A DNA stretch of 64,000 bases from Candidatus Latescibacterota bacterium (GCA_965203175.1 OZ241867.1:5824001-5888000), one strand, 5' to 3'. Positions 1-10,687 are shown, numbered from the stretch's first letter. Program-made: numbers and translations. Notes: a model not told the origin generated them from the letters alone.

Positions 1-1
1 C

Positions 2-1009
2 TTTCTCGATAGCTTTGACTACTCAAAGAGGTTATGGATAATAGATGTTGCCCGTCAGTGGGAGCACTTCTTCTTCGACATGCCTGACCACGTTTTTGAC
101 ACCCCGACCACCATCTCAGTAGGAGATCGCACTATCCGTCTTAAAGAGGGTGAGGTCATAGACGATATACGTATCTATGTGGATAAGCCGACAACAGAGG
201 AGATGAAAAGATCTAGTAGTGTATGGACTGACGACAGGCCCGAAGGCTTTGCTAGTGTTCCCCTATTTCGCCCTGACGGTGACGTTCCCCTTATAGCCCG
301 GATTACAATAGATGACGAGCAAATAAATTCAAACTTGGACAGTTTTTTTGCACCTCCCGACGCCCCTGAAATACACTGGAGGCGCATCTTTCAACACGAG
401 ATGGGCCATGCTATGGGCATCGGGTCATCTCCAGTTTGGGACCGGTATGTAGTATGGGAACGAGTTCCAGATGGTCTTCGGCCTGGGAAGACGATCTGGA
501 CAGCGTGGTTTACAGGGCCTAATGCCATGCGAGAGTACCGCAATATGCTTGAGGCTCCTGCACTTGGGGAAGATGGTCTTCCTATAAACGATCAGACCCT
601 AACAGCAGATTTAATGAAAGTTTCCTTCTCCAATGATCATGCCACAGTAGTCATTGATTACGCGGAACTAGCCGACAAGGGGATTCCACTAAGCATCAAC
701 ACCCTCGTTTCTCCAAGGCGAGCTTATCATTGGGGTTTAGTAATGCAGTGGGCATTTTTTAGCGCTTATTATATACGAGAAAATGATCTGCCAAATGTAA
801 CAAACATTTCGCTAGGCACATTTCACGACATAGGATGGAATGTCAATTATACAGCCGGGGCCGAAACAATCCCAATGGGCTCCTCCATATTGCCATGCAG
901 GCTTTTAGGCGATTACGGCAACTTCCGTCTATGTACGCGTCCCAGCAGCGGCAAGGTCGTAGTCAACGACACTCCCACTGCCCATTCCCATTGGTGGGGC
1001 GTCCACTGA
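2..1009 (+). CDS. Leishmanolysin-like (M8-related) zinc metalloprotease, 5' partial
   Basis: Frame is open from the window start (FLDSFDYSKRLWIIDVARQWEHFFFD precedes the Met at 80). Contains HExxH (HEMGHAMGIG), FTGPNA, a downstream HW and ISLGTFHDIGWNV. Lower GC than the flanks. Confidence 0.7.
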   Translation, partial: FLDSFDYSKRLWIIDVARQWEHFFFDMPDHVFDTPTTISVGDRTIRLKEGEVIDDIRIYVDKPTTEEMKRSSSVWTDDRPEGFASVPLFRPDGDVPLIARITIDDEQINSNLDSFFAPPDAPEIHWRRIFQHEMGHAMGIGSSPVWDRYVVWERVPDGLRPGKTIWTAWFTGPNAMREYRNMLEAPALGEDGLPINDQTLTADLMKVSFSNDHATVVIDYAELADKGIPLSINTLVSPRRAYHWGLVMQWAFFSAYYIRENDLPNVTNISLGTFHDIGWNVNYTAGAETIPMGSSILPCRLLGDYGNFRLCTRPSSGKVVVNDTPTAHSHWWGVH

Positions 1010-1193
1010 CCGCTGGCACGGCAATTCCGCAACGTACCCTCGAAGAGATTGCCTGCAACGGGCACTTCTGCGACTTATCGTTGCCGAAGATTCCTAATAA
1101 TCGTTGCCGAAGATTCTATCGGCTAGTTGTTTTTACAACCCTAGCCTCGCGGGTAATCGTGGATATTGCCAATCCTCAAACGGAGACTACAAC

Positions 1194-2267
1194 ATGAACT
1201 CACGCCCCCAAATACTCATCGCCTGCAACAAGCACGTGCGCGAGCAGTACCTCGCCGCGACCGATTTCGCACGCCTCGAAGCCTTCGCCGACTGGGACTG
1301 GTTCGAATGCGAAGGCGGCGGCATTTACGACACCAACGCAGATCCCGAGATCGCCCATGCGCTAGGCGAGCGGCTAGGTGGTTACGACGGACTAGTGGTC
1401 TGCCACGGCTGCCCAACGGTCGATGCCGCGATCTTGGAACAGACCTCCAACCTGAAAATCATCGGCGAGTTGGAAGGCGACCGCTTTGCCAGCCGCATCG
1501 ACGTCGAGGCCGCCTGGGAGCGGGGTGTCTGCACGGTCGATACGACCAACGGCTCGTCGTATCCAGTGTCCGAGTGGGCCTTGGCGCTCATTATCATTGC
1601 CCTGCGCAACGCCGGTGCCCAATTCCGCCGCCTCATCGCCGGCAACGTGAGCCCTCGTCCGCAAAGCGACTTTGGCTTCATCCACGGCGATCTGACCGGC
1701 AAGCGCGTCGGCCTGATCGGCTGCGGGCACATTGGCCGGCGGCTAATCCAATTTTTGCGCCCCTTCCAGACCGAAGTGTGGGTGTTTGATCCCTATCTGG
1801 CGCGGGAGATGGCCGACGCCGTCGGCTTCCTCAAAACCTCGTTGGACAACGTGATGTCGCAGTGCGATGCCATCGTCTGCCTAGCCCCGCACACCCCGCG
1901 CACCGAGCGCATGATTGGCCAACGAGAGCTAGACCTGATCCAGCCGGGCGCGGTGTTCGTCAATGTGTCGCGCGGTAAAGTAGTGGATTCGGATGCGCTA
2001 GTGAGGCGGCTCAAGCGGGGCGACATCGTCGCCGGTCTAGACGTGTTCGACCCGGATGTGGGCGAGGACAACGCCTATGGCGACAAGGAGATTCTCCACT
2101 TGGAAAACGTCTTCGTCACTCCGCACATCGCCGGCGTGACCGTACAGAGCTACCCGCGCTTTTTCGAGCTGATGGTCGACGAACTCAACCGCTTCTTCCA
2201 CGGGCACGAGACCCTTTTCGACCTAACGCCGCGCTCCATCGCCAACCGCCGGGGTAGTGAGAGTTGA
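1194..2267 (+). CDS. D-isomer-specific 2-hydroxyacid dehydrogenase (NAD-binding)
   Basis: GxGxxG (GCGHIG), NVSRG, GLDVF and TPHIAG motifs. ATG at 1194 has GGAG upstream. Confidence 0.9.
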   Translation: MNSRPQILIACNKHVREQYLAATDFARLEAFADWDWFECEGGGIYDTNADPEIAHALGERLGGYDGLVVCHGCPTVDAAILEQTSNLKIIGELEGDRFASRIDVEAAWERGVCTVDTTNGSSYPVSEWALALIIIALRNAGAQFRRLIAGNVSPRPQSDFGFIHGDLTGKRVGLIGCGHIGRRLIQFLRPFQTEVWVFDPYLAREMADAVGFLKTSLDNVMSQCDAIVCLAPHTPRTERMIGQRELDLIQPGAVFVNVSRGKVVDSDALVRRLKRGDIVAGLDVFDPDVGEDNAYGDKEILHLENVFVTPHIAGVTVQSYPRFFELMVDELNRFFHGHETLFDLTPRSIANRRGSES

Positions 2268-2269
2268 CT

Positions 2270-3061
2270 ATGCTGACCCCACTCCAAGTCGGCCAATTCC
2301 GCGCCATGGGTTTCCTCAAGCTGGAGGCGTGCCTGACGGCAGACGAGATAGCCCAGTTCGAGGCGGCGTACAACAGGCTGATCGCTGGGGGCTCGGTCTA
2401 CGACTACTTTGAGGATAACCTCGGGCAGCCGAGCCGGGGCACGCGCAAGCAGGATCGCTGTGCCGAGTTGGACGACGACTTCGCCAGCTTTGTCGAGCAT
2501 CCGCGCATCACCGCGGCGCAGCAGGACATTTTCGGGCGACCGTGTCTGTTCCACGGCGGCGGGGAAGTCTGGCTGAACAGGAGTGATACGCCGTGGCACA
2601 GCGACGTGCTGGGCGATCGAGACCGGGACCCGGATTTCTACACCATCAAGGCTGCGATCTACCTCGACGAGTTGGAGGCGGATTCTGGATCGCTGAACGT
2701 GATTCCCGGCAGCCACTTCCCGGCGTACGGCCAAGCCCTGTTCGACGAATGCGGATACAGGGAAGGGGGAATTCGCCCGCGTCTGCACCTTGCGGACCCG
2801 CCCGGGGCAGTAGCAGTGGCGACGCGGCCCGGCGACGTGGTCTTGTTCGACACGCGCATCTGGCATTCGGCCCGTGGCCGCCAGGGCGGCCGGCGCACCG
2901 CGTTTATCAGCTATGTGCCCGATCCCGGGGATTCGCCCCGACGGAGGGAGCAGGTCCGCGCCCTGATCCGGCCGTTCCCCTATACCGATCACCTGATCGA
3001 GACTGCCGGTCCTCGCAGGCGGGCCATGGTCGCGCGCCTGCGGGAACTGGCCATTGCCTGA
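2270..3061 (+). CDS. Phytanoyl-CoA dioxygenase (PhyH) family Fe(II)/2OG oxygenase
   Basis: HxD (WHSD), IYLD, GSLNVIPGSH, PGDVVLFD..IWH. Alternative TTG start at 2264 overlaps the upstream stop. Confidence 0.88.
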   Translation: MLTPLQVGQFRAMGFLKLEACLTADEIAQFEAAYNRLIAGGSVYDYFEDNLGQPSRGTRKQDRCAELDDDFASFVEHPRITAAQQDIFGRPCLFHGGGEVWLNRSDTPWHSDVLGDRDRDPDFYTIKAAIYLDELEADSGSLNVIPGSHFPAYGQALFDECGYREGGIRPRLHLADPPGAVAVATRPGDVVLFDTRIWHSARGRQGGRRTAFISYVPDPGDSPRRREQVRALIRPFPYTDHLIETAGPRRRAMVARLRELAIA

Positions 3062-3075
3062 GTATGAAACCGCTT

Positions 3076-3966
3076 CTAGGCGAGCAATCCCCGCAGGTAG
3101 TCGACGGCCAGGCCAATGGCCTCGAGGTCGCTCACCGCATTGCCCTGGCCCTCGAAGACGATGGACATATTGCCGTTGAAGTCGACTTGGCGGAGAATTT
3201 CGACAATGCGCTCGTAGTCGAGCCACTCCTCCCGGCCGCGGTCGATTTTGTATATTTTGGCCCGCACATAGGTGGCGTGGGGCGCGGTCTGCTCCATGAA
3301 GTCATAGAAGTCGACCGCGGGATCCTCGGTCCCGGAGGGCGCCGCGCCCGGCGAGCCTTGCCACCAGCCCGTGTCGAGGATGAAGGTGAAGTTTTCGCGG
3401 TTGACATCGCGCAGTATTTTGAGAATATCGTCCCCAGTGGGCGCGATGACCGGGGCGTGGTTGTGAAGGCCGACGAACACGCCTTTGCCGGCGGCGTAGT
3501 CGCAGACCTCCTGGAAGCTGCCAATGGCGTCCTGCCACAGGACGCGGCGGTCGACGGCTGCGGCGGGGATGCCGCCGCCGAAGAGGCGGACCAGGGGCGC
3601 GCCCATAAAGGCGGCCAGATCAATGCCCTCTTTGACTTCGGCAATGCGCCGGCGGCGTTCGGCTTGGGGCAGGGCAACGCCCTGGGGGCGGCCGTCGATC
3701 TGCTCGACGCCGACAAAGCCGCGGCCCACGCCCAAAAAGCCAATGGGCAGGCCGCACTGCTGGCAGAGGGCCTTGATGGAGCGCAGATAGGCCGGGTCCC
3801 GGGCGCGGAAGCCGCGGAAGAGCTGAAAGTCGACCACGTCGAGGTCCCAGGCGCGGATCTGGCGCACCAAGGCGGCGATGTCCAGCCAGTTGCGCGGGTC
3901 TTCCTTGTCGGCATAGGGCAGGTCTTCGGCGACCCGCAGCATGGCGTTGCAGCCGAGTTTGATCAT
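3076..3966 (-). CDS. Sugar phosphate isomerase/epimerase family (xylose isomerase-like TIM barrel)
   Basis: GAPLVRLFGG, GLHNH, ILDTG and SIVFEG motifs of the AP_endonuc_2 family. Confidence 0.85.
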   Translation of the reverse strand: MIKLGCNAMLRVAEDLPYADKEDPRNWLDIAALVRQIRAWDLDVVDFQLFRGFRARDPAYLRSIKALCQQCGLPIGFLGVGRGFVGVEQIDGRPQGVALPQAERRRRIAEVKEGIDLAAFMGAPLVRLFGGGIPAAAVDRRVLWQDAIGSFQEVCDYAAGKGVFVGLHNHAPVIAPTGDDILKILRDVNRENFTFILDTGWWQGSPGAAPSGTEDPAVDFYDFMEQTAPHATYVRAKIYKIDRGREEWLDYERIVEILRQVDFNGNMSIVFEGQGNAVSDLEAIGLAVDYLRGLLA

Positions 3967-4074
3967 GCGATGTCCGTGTGTCCGGGGCGCCTCGGGCAGA
4001 AGTCACCCATGCGCCCTACCTTGACCAAGTTCCCAAAAAGATCCTTATAATACACTACACAGAGAAGTTGAACC

Positions 4075-5193
4075 ATGCATCTGATTGCCCCGACGGCAAC
4101 GATACAAGTACCGGACTGGGTCGCGTACCCGGATCGCGACTGGATACAGATCACGCCCGCCGAAGCCGGTCTCGATGCGCGGAAATTCGCCGCCTGGCTA
4201 GCCAGCCTCAATGTCAGGGGGGCGAGCTTTGGCGGCGAGGACCACAGCGGCGACCAGCACGGCGCCGTGCTCACGCGCGGCGGATACCTAGTACACGCCT
4301 GGGGCGACCCCCACTATCGGCATCAGACGGCCTCGGTCGGCAAGGCCCTGACGTGGGTGGCGCTGGGCGCGGCCGTTGGCGACGGCCTCCTCGACCCGGA
4401 CGAGCCAATCCACCAGACGTGGACCGGGGCCGGGCAGCTATCGCACGAGCACAAGTACCTCGATTGCGGCCACCACCAAAAACTCACCTGGCGCCACTTG
4501 ATCGGGCGGCGCGATGAGAGCCTGCACTGGGGCGGCTTCCCCTTTGAAATCGGCAACCGCTGGCGGGAGCAGCGCACGGGTCTCGAAGAGCGGGACGCAG
4601 TTCCCGGCATCCCCGCATGGGCCCAGTGGACGGGCGATCCCTTCTACGACTGCTACGCCCATGCCGAACCGGGCACCCAAGGGCTGTACAGCAGCGCCGG
4701 CTTCTGGCGGTTAGGCCAAGCGCTGACCTACGTTTGGGGCCGCGACCTCAAGGACGTGATCCAGGAGCGCCTATTCGACGCCATTGGCATCCCGTACGAG
4801 CGCTGGGACTGGCTCGCCGGCGGCGACGTAAAAGAGCAAAAACACCTCTACCCCACCATTCCAGACGCGTACACCTACCTCGATCCACCCTACGAAATTG
4901 GCGGCCAAGTCGTGCGCAGCGGCCCGGGTTGGGTCGTCATCAGCGCCTCGGATCTGGCGCGCTTCGGCCACCTCAATGCCACCCGGGGCATGTGGAAGGG
5001 GGTGCGCGTCATCGACGCCGCCTGGCTGCGCGGCCACGGCGGGGGCAATAAGAGCGGGGCCAGCGGCGAGTGCGAGCACTTCACGGCCATGGGCGTGGTG
5101 ACGACGATCGGGCTGCCCGAGTACAGTCACGGGGTCGAGACCAAGAGCATCCTCCCCGACGACTTCTTCGTCGCAGAGGTCCAGCCGAGCTAG
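4075..5193 (+). CDS. Serine hydrolase (beta-lactamase-like family)
   Basis: SxxK (SVGK), PGT..LYSS, LF..IG and SASDLARFG motifs. Confidence 0.8.
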   Translation: MHLIAPTATIQVPDWVAYPDRDWIQITPAEAGLDARKFAAWLASLNVRGASFGGEDHSGDQHGAVLTRGGYLVHAWGDPHYRHQTASVGKALTWVALGAAVGDGLLDPDEPIHQTWTGAGQLSHEHKYLDCGHHQKLTWRHLIGRRDESLHWGGFPFEIGNRWREQRTGLEERDAVPGIPAWAQWTGDPFYDCYAHAEPGTQGLYSSAGFWRLGQALTYVWGRDLKDVIQERLFDAIGIPYERWDWLAGGDVKEQKHLYPTIPDAYTYLDPPYEIGGQVVRSGPGWVVISASDLARFGHLNATRGMWKGVRVIDAAWLRGHGGGNKSGASGECEHFTAMGVVTTIGLPEYSHGVETKSILPDDFFVAEVQPS

Positions 5194-5202
5194 CGAAAAA
5201 AC

Positions 5203-7920
5203 TCAGCGAGCGGAATCGAGGCAGTAGAGGACGGAGTCCTCGCCGATGAAGAGGATTTCGATCTCGCCGTCGCCGTCGACATCGGCCAAAGTCAGATCAC
5301 CCGGCCTCGTGGGCAAGTCCAACTGCCACCTCAGATGCGGTGCGTCGTCGCGGTCGCCGACCGCAAAGAGCGTCTGCTCGACCGCAAAGAGAAATTCATC
5401 CCGGCCATTGCCGTCGATGTCCGCGGAATAGACCGCAGTGCGCGCATTGCCCGGCAGCGGCCATTGCCATTTCTCCGCTCCGGTGGCCGCGTCCAGACAG
5501 CGCAGGCCCTGGCCCTCTTCCCAGCCGGTGATGCCCAACTCCAAACGACCGTCGCCATCGACATCGCCGACGCCAGCCATGCTGGCTCCACCGGCGTGGT
5601 ACCAGAGTACGCTGGCGTCCAAGGTGGTAAGCCCGTGGTGGTAGGGACCGCACCAGAGCAATTCCTCGCGGCCGTCGCCATCGAAATCGGCCACCATCGG
5701 CTGGCAATAGGCGGCCCAGACACCGGCGAACAGACCGCTGGCCGCGGATATGGAATGGACCAGGTCACCCGTGGTGCCGCGGGCGGCCATGTAATTGACC
5801 GGATACAGGCCAATTACATCCTCTAGGCCATCGCCGTCGATATCGGCCGAAGCCACGAAAGAGCCCCCAGCCCCCCAACCTCTTTCGTCCGCTCCGGTTT
5901 GGTCCGTACGCACTTCGCGCAGGTGCCACAGAGGCTCGCCATCCGCGCCCCGCAAGACCCAGGCTTCGTCGCTGTGCATGGTGCTGCGGCGGGCAGAGAC
6001 CCATATATCGTCGCGCTCGGCGTCGTTGTAACGTCCGCTCCACCAGCTAGTAATCCCGCCAAAATTCCACGGCGGATGGGGACCGGGAAAACCCGCCACC
6101 CGTCGGCGCCAGCGCGGATTGCCGTCGAGGTCAGCCGCAACTATTTCACCCTCTCCAGAGGTCGTCTGATCCGCGTACACCACCTCGGGCCGGCCGTCGC
6201 CGTCGAGGTCAGCGATGAGGGCTGGTCCGGCTCCCGGAAGGCGCCAGCGCAGTATTGCCGAATCTCCTTGGACCCGCGGCGGCTCCAGCGCTAGAATGTG
6301 GCGACTGGCTCCTTCGAAGATCACTCGGGTTGGCTGGCGGCTGCTAGCTGCCACGGCTACTGGCCGCGTCTGCATACCCGATCCGTCCGCGCCAGGGGTG
6401 CCAGCAGCTCCTGTGCGCTCCAGGCGCAGAGCGCGAATCTGAGCACCCTCTGCGACACCCAATTCAGCTATTGCGCCGTGCGTCTGGTGGAAGCTGACGA
6501 GCACCTCGTCAACCCCGTCGCCGTCTATATCGGCGGAGGCCCGCCATTGCATCCGGGAGCGGGCCGGAAGGTCGAAGCTCCACACCTGCTCAGTGCCCCC
6601 AGCCCGGTCGAGGACAAAGGCGCGCAACAGTTCAGTCCGATCATCTCTGGTTTCGACGGTGAAAAAGCCGCGCTGGCCCGAGGCCGTCAGGGACGCAGTT
6701 ACGATATCGTCGGTGCCGCGCGCCACAATGGTCGAATGGGTGGGAGGAAGCTCGGTCGCCGCTGTTACCCACTGTCCGCGCGCCTGGCGCCACAGGGGTA
6801 TGGCCGACTCGCCATCGACGCGCAGGAGGCTCAGCTCGGCATTGGTGGGCACCAGCAGTCCCGCGCTGCGAGAAACAAAGAGTTCGGGCACCCCGTCGTC
6901 ATCGACATCAGCGGTGCCGTGTAGATATTGCCGGGGCAAGTCGAGTACAGTCTCGCCGGTGAGTGCGTCGCAGGCGACTACATGCCATTGGCCGTCGTCC
7001 CACTCGTTGAAAAGGTTGAAGACAATCTCGATGCGGCCATCGCCGTCGATGTCCTGCACAGGATTGGGCCCGGGGCGAATGATGCGGCTCTTGCTCTGGA
7101 TATTTTGCTCGATATCGCGCCGCCACAGCAGCCTCAGCCGATCCCCCTCGTTTTTGACCACGTCGATGTGCATGGCAAAGTCGGCGATAACGACAAAATC
7201 TAGCAGGCCGTCGCCATCCACGTCAGTGGTGCAGAAGAAACCGTAGTTGCGCAGGCCGTGCATGTCGAGCAAGTGCTTGGTGCGGCCGCTCTGCGCGTCG
7301 AGGACAATGATCCGGTAATGAGGCGCAAAGGCGATTTCGAGGCGGCCGTCGCCATCTATGTCGGCGACGACAAAGTTGGTGTTCTGGACCGTGTGGAATA
7401 CCTCCGACCGCCATATTTCCCGCTTCCGCCCCTCCTCGTGGGCATAGCAAACCACTTGCCTGGGATCGGTCCCAGGAGCGTCCGCAACCAGTGGGAATTC
7501 AACTGTCTGCAGCCCGGGGACCTCGGGCAACAGCGCGGCCGCACGACCCGGATCGGGCACCAACTGGCCGTTGCCGTACAAATCGACCAAGCGGGGTCCA
7601 AGGCCCCATTGCCGGTCCTCGGCAGCGCGGAGGTGGGGCGGGGTGAATTGCTCGGACCCAGCGCTCGTCTCCGGCGAGGAGCTAGTTGCCGCGTGTACAG
7701 CCGCCCACACTTCGCCCCCCTCGATCAAGTATTGCCAAGCCACGACGGGCGCTTGGCGCATGGCTCCCGGCAGGACGGCCCGGCCCGTGAGGCGAGTGTC
7801 GCCGCGATACATGGGCCACGCTCCAATTGCCGTGGAAATGCGATCCATCGCCAATACACCAAAGGAAGACGAGAATAGGAGGCCGACTGCGGCGGCGATC
7901 GGCGTTAGCCAACTGCTCAA
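5203..7920 (-). CDS. Secreted FG-GAP/VCBS-repeat beta-propeller protein
   Basis: N-terminal signal-like segment, WPMYRGD, and about 11 DxDGDG-type Ca-binding repeats. TTG start overlaps the upstream stop. Confidence 0.8.
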   Translation of the reverse strand: MSSWLTPIAAAVGLLFSSSFGVLAMDRISTAIGAWPMYRGDTRLTGRAVLPGAMRQAPVVAWQYLIEGGEVWAAVHAATSSSPETSAGSEQFTPPHLRAAEDRQWGLGPRLVDLYGNGQLVPDPGRAAALLPEVPGLQTVEFPLVADAPGTDPRQVVCYAHEEGRKREIWRSEVFHTVQNTNFVVADIDGDGRLEIAFAPHYRIIVLDAQSGRTKHLLDMHGLRNYGFFCTTDVDGDGLLDFVVIADFAMHIDVVKNEGDRLRLLWRRDIEQNIQSKSRIIRPGPNPVQDIDGDGRIEIVFNLFNEWDDGQWHVVACDALTGETVLDLPRQYLHGTADVDDDGVPELFVSRSAGLLVPTNAELSLLRVDGESAIPLWRQARGQWVTAATELPPTHSTIVARGTDDIVTASLTASGQRGFFTVETRDDRTELLRAFVLDRAGGTEQVWSFDLPARSRMQWRASADIDGDGVDEVLVSFHQTHGAIAELGVAEGAQIRALRLERTGAAGTPGADGSGMQTRPVAVAASSRQPTRVIFEGASRHILALEPPRVQGDSAILRWRLPGAGPALIADLDGDGRPEVVYADQTTSGEGEIVAADLDGNPRWRRRVAGFPGPHPPWNFGGITSWWSGRYNDAERDDIWVSARRSTMHSDEAWVLRGADGEPLWHLREVRTDQTGADERGWGAGGSFVASADIDGDGLEDVIGLYPVNYMAARGTTGDLVHSISAASGLFAGVWAAYCQPMVADFDGDGREELLWCGPYHHGLTTLDASVLWYHAGGASMAGVGDVDGDGRLELGITGWEEGQGLRCLDAATGAEKWQWPLPGNARTAVYSADIDGNGRDEFLFAVEQTLFAVGDRDDAPHLRWQLDLPTRPGDLTLADVDGDGEIEILFIGEDSVLYCLDSAR

Positions 7921-8810
7921 TGGGAGGGCGGAAAAGTCTCCGGCCAGAGCGGATCGTAGTCGCTTTCAAAGAGCCAGTCGAAATGATCCGGCACAATGTG
8001 GGCGCGGTCCGGGCGCAGTTGACGCCGCAGCCGGGGGAAGAAGTCCATCAGGGCGTCGCGCTGGTTCTTGGGCAGGCCGCCCGCAACCCCGGCGGCAATC
8101 CACGAGGTGCCCATGGCTTTGCGGGGCACAGTGTCCTCGTTCTGCCAAGCCGAGTGCAGTCCGGCGCTGCAGAGCACTAGGATCTGTCCCCGCCGCGCCA
8201 CCGCGGGGATGGGCTCGCACTCAAGCCAGGGCCTCTCGCCCAGGTCCGGGATGTACTCGGGGAAAGCGGCCGCAGTCGGCGAGACTGGAGCCGGCCGCAG
8301 GCCGTGCACGCGGGGCAGTTCGGCTTTGTGCTCGGGCCGGAGGACCCGACTCCAGTGCGCCATGATGGAGCGGTGGCTGCCGGGCAGGATGCGCATGGCA
8401 CCGCGATGCGCGGGCACGTCGTTGAGCCAGAACCACAACTCGGCCCGCATCCGGCGAGGGGTGGCCTCAAAATCCTCCAGTGTGGCCTGGATGTCCACGT
8501 GGCACCCGCGCGCCCACTGCTCGCGGAGATCGTCGTACGGCGCTGAGGCCGGAGCCCGCTCGTGGGGGGCCAGGCCCCACCACAGATGGACCGCATCGGC
8601 GCGCAGCAGCTTTTTGGCCACCTCCTCAAAGTACGGGTGCTGGATAACTTCGACGTAATCCGGATCCTCGTACGGTGCACCGCCGTTGTCGCGCAAGCGG
8701 TCCCACGCCGCCTCTGCTCTGTCCAACTGCTCGGTGGTGAAGGGACTGTCGATGGTTACGGCACCCTGCTCTTCGTACTGGGCTAATTGCGCATCGGTGA
8801 TCATGGGCAT
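7917..8810 (-). CDS. Phytanoyl-CoA dioxygenase (PhyH) family protein
   Basis: HVD, WLNDV..RGAMRILPGSH and GLHSA motifs. Confidence 0.85.
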   Translation of the reverse strand: MPMITDAQLAQYEEQGAVTIDSPFTTEQLDRAEAAWDRLRDNGGAPYEDPDYVEVIQHPYFEEVAKKLLRADAVHLWWGLAPHERAPASAPYDDLREQWARGCHVDIQATLEDFEATPRRMRAELWFWLNDVPAHRGAMRILPGSHRSIMAHWSRVLRPEHKAELPRVHGLRPAPVSPTAAAFPEYIPDLGERPWLECEPIPAVARRGQILVLCSAGLHSAWQNEDTVPRKAMGTSWIAAGVAGGLPKNQRDALMDFFPRLRRQLRPDRAHIVPDHFDWLFESDYDPLWPETFPPSH

Positions 8811-8989
8811 CCTCAATTATTTGGGGAGGTGAATGGCCAAGCATAGGGCATTGCCGATGGTGAGTCAAGAATCTGCCAAAGGGACTTGATCGCGCCGTCC
8901 GACTGGGGTTAATTGCACCTGTTGACGCACGGATTGACGCTGTGAGGTCAAAAGGTCGCAGCTCCAATCAAGAGACAAGGAGGACAATC

Positions 8990-10570
8990 ATGAGCAAGAC
9001 CCACGAAGTGATGTTCTACACCGACGGCCGCCATTCAAGCGTGTACTTGTACGAGCCGCCCATGGGGGCCAAGCAGTACCTAGAGCCTATCGACGAGCTA
9101 GTCGACCTCGGCATTGACACCATCACCTATGCCGTGGGCGACTGTAGTGTTTTGCTCTACGCCACCAAGGTAGGCGAACGCTGGGGGCACAACGTCGACC
9201 TGACCGACCACGACATTTGGTGGCGGGCGGCGCACAACGCCAAGCTCATGATCGAACAGGGCACGGACCCGCTGCTGCTCGTGTGCCAGCACGCGCAGCA
9301 GCGCGGTTTCCAGTTTCTGCCCAGCCTGCTGTTGAACATGATTCACACACCGCACGACCGCGTCACCAATTGCCGGGTGGCCGACTTCACCACCGAGCAT
9401 CCCGAATGGCAAGTCGGCGCAGAGCCCGAGTATCCCGAAGCCCGCTTCGACAACCCCAACCGGCTATCCTTTGCCGTCCCCGAAGTTCGGGCGGACCGGC
9501 TGGCAGTAATCGCCGAACTAGTCGGAGATTACCCCGGCGACGGCATTGAGCTGAACATGTGTGACTACGCGCCGTTTATCGGCCGCGGAGAGGTCGCCGA
9601 GCACACTGAGACCTTGACCGAGTGGATGCGGGAAATACGCCAACTCTGCGACCGGGCCGCCGCAGAGCAGGGCCGTCCCAAGCGGTTGGTGGTCCGCATA
9701 GGCGCGTCCCTCGACGGCAATAAGCGGATGGGGATGGACGTGGAGACTTGGATCGAGGAAGGGATCGTCGACGCACTGATCTGCATGCAGGTCGTCGGTG
9801 GTTTTGCCAACGACACCACTGGATTGCGGGCCGTTGTCGCTGCCGCCGAAGGTAGGGATGTGCGGGTGTTAGCAGGTATGGAATCGACCAATAATCCCGA
9901 GCTTTCCCGGCCGTCAGTGCGGGCCGCTGCAGCCAATGCCTATGCCGCTGGGGTCCACGGCGTGTTCTTCCACACGTATTACCCAATGCCCAAGCGCTAT
10001 CCATACGATGATGAGGCGGCTGGAAGGATGCGGTTTATGGGACATCCAGACTTGTTGGACAATCTCGACAAGAGGTACCGGCTCGGCATCCCCATCAATC
10101 CCAAGTCAGCCCCTACCCATGGTCTAACCGAACAGCTACCAGCCGAATTGCCATGCGGAGATCCAGCGCGACCGTTCACGCTGGAAGTGAGCGACGACGT
10201 GGCCGGCCGGGACCGAGCCGGCGAATTGTGGCGCTGCGAGTTGCGCCTGATGTTGCAGCACCTGACGTACGAGGACCGGATCGGGCTGAAGTGGAATGGC
10301 GGCGAAATACCCGAGACCGCTTGGCGCAAGGCCGACTGGACCTACCAGTTGCGCCCCAGGCCGGATTACGCGGTCAACGGGTACCGGCTGCACATTGATC
10401 TCAAGCAGATCCAGCGCCTGCCCCAGAAGGGGATAAATACGGTAGAGGTAGAGGTCGTGGAGAAGGATGCCCAGCTCATTCACCCGGTGACCTTGGTGGA
10501 TGTAGAGCTGGTCGTCGAATATCTGCCGCACCGCAATGCGCTGCGAGACGACGAGGAGTACTTTGCCTGA
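8990..10570 (+). CDS. Hypothetical glycoside-hydrolase-like TIM-barrel protein (GHL10-like)
   Basis: AAGGAGG RBS before ATG 8990. Motifs EHPEW, LSFAVPEVR, DGIEL and DVETWIEEGIVD are typical of GHL10-like proteins. Confidence 0.65.
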   Translation: MSKTHEVMFYTDGRHSSVYLYEPPMGAKQYLEPIDELVDLGIDTITYAVGDCSVLLYATKVGERWGHNVDLTDHDIWWRAAHNAKLMIEQGTDPLLLVCQHAQQRGFQFLPSLLLNMIHTPHDRVTNCRVADFTTEHPEWQVGAEPEYPEARFDNPNRLSFAVPEVRADRLAVIAELVGDYPGDGIELNMCDYAPFIGRGEVAEHTETLTEWMREIRQLCDRAAAEQGRPKRLVVRIGASLDGNKRMGMDVETWIEEGIVDALICMQVVGGFANDTTGLRAVVAAAEGRDVRVLAGMESTNNPELSRPSVRAAAANAYAAGVHGVFFHTYYPMPKRYPYDDEAAGRMRFMGHPDLLDNLDKRYRLGIPINPKSAPTHGLTEQLPAELPCGDPARPFTLEVSDDVAGRDRAGELWRCELRLMLQHLTYEDRIGLKWNGGEIPETAWRKADWTYQLRPRPDYAVNGYRLHIDLKQIQRLPQKGINTVEVEVVEKDAQLIHPVTLVDVELVVEYLPHRNALRDDEEYFA

Positions 10571-10584
10571 GTTAGGCGTGAGAT

Positions 10585-10599
10585 TCAAACGGCGGGAAA
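10585..10599. repeat. 15-bp direct repeat, copy 1 (TCAAACGGCGGGAAA)
   Basis: Identical to 12745-12759. Confidence 0.5.
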
Positions 10600-10687
10600 G
10601 ATGTAGAGGTCGGGCTCGCGTCGACAGGTCCGTGGGCAAAAAGGCACCCCCGAAGTCCCTTTTATATCACACCTGCGAGATAGTTAG

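Noticed and set aside
2593-4050. 485-aa plus-strand ORF
   Set aside because: Shadow ORF overlapping the PhyH gene out of frame and antisense to the epimerase; no motifs.
4075-5193. Antibiotic-resistance beta-lactamase
   Set aside because: No signal peptide and no KTG triad; it belongs to the broad serine hydrolase family.
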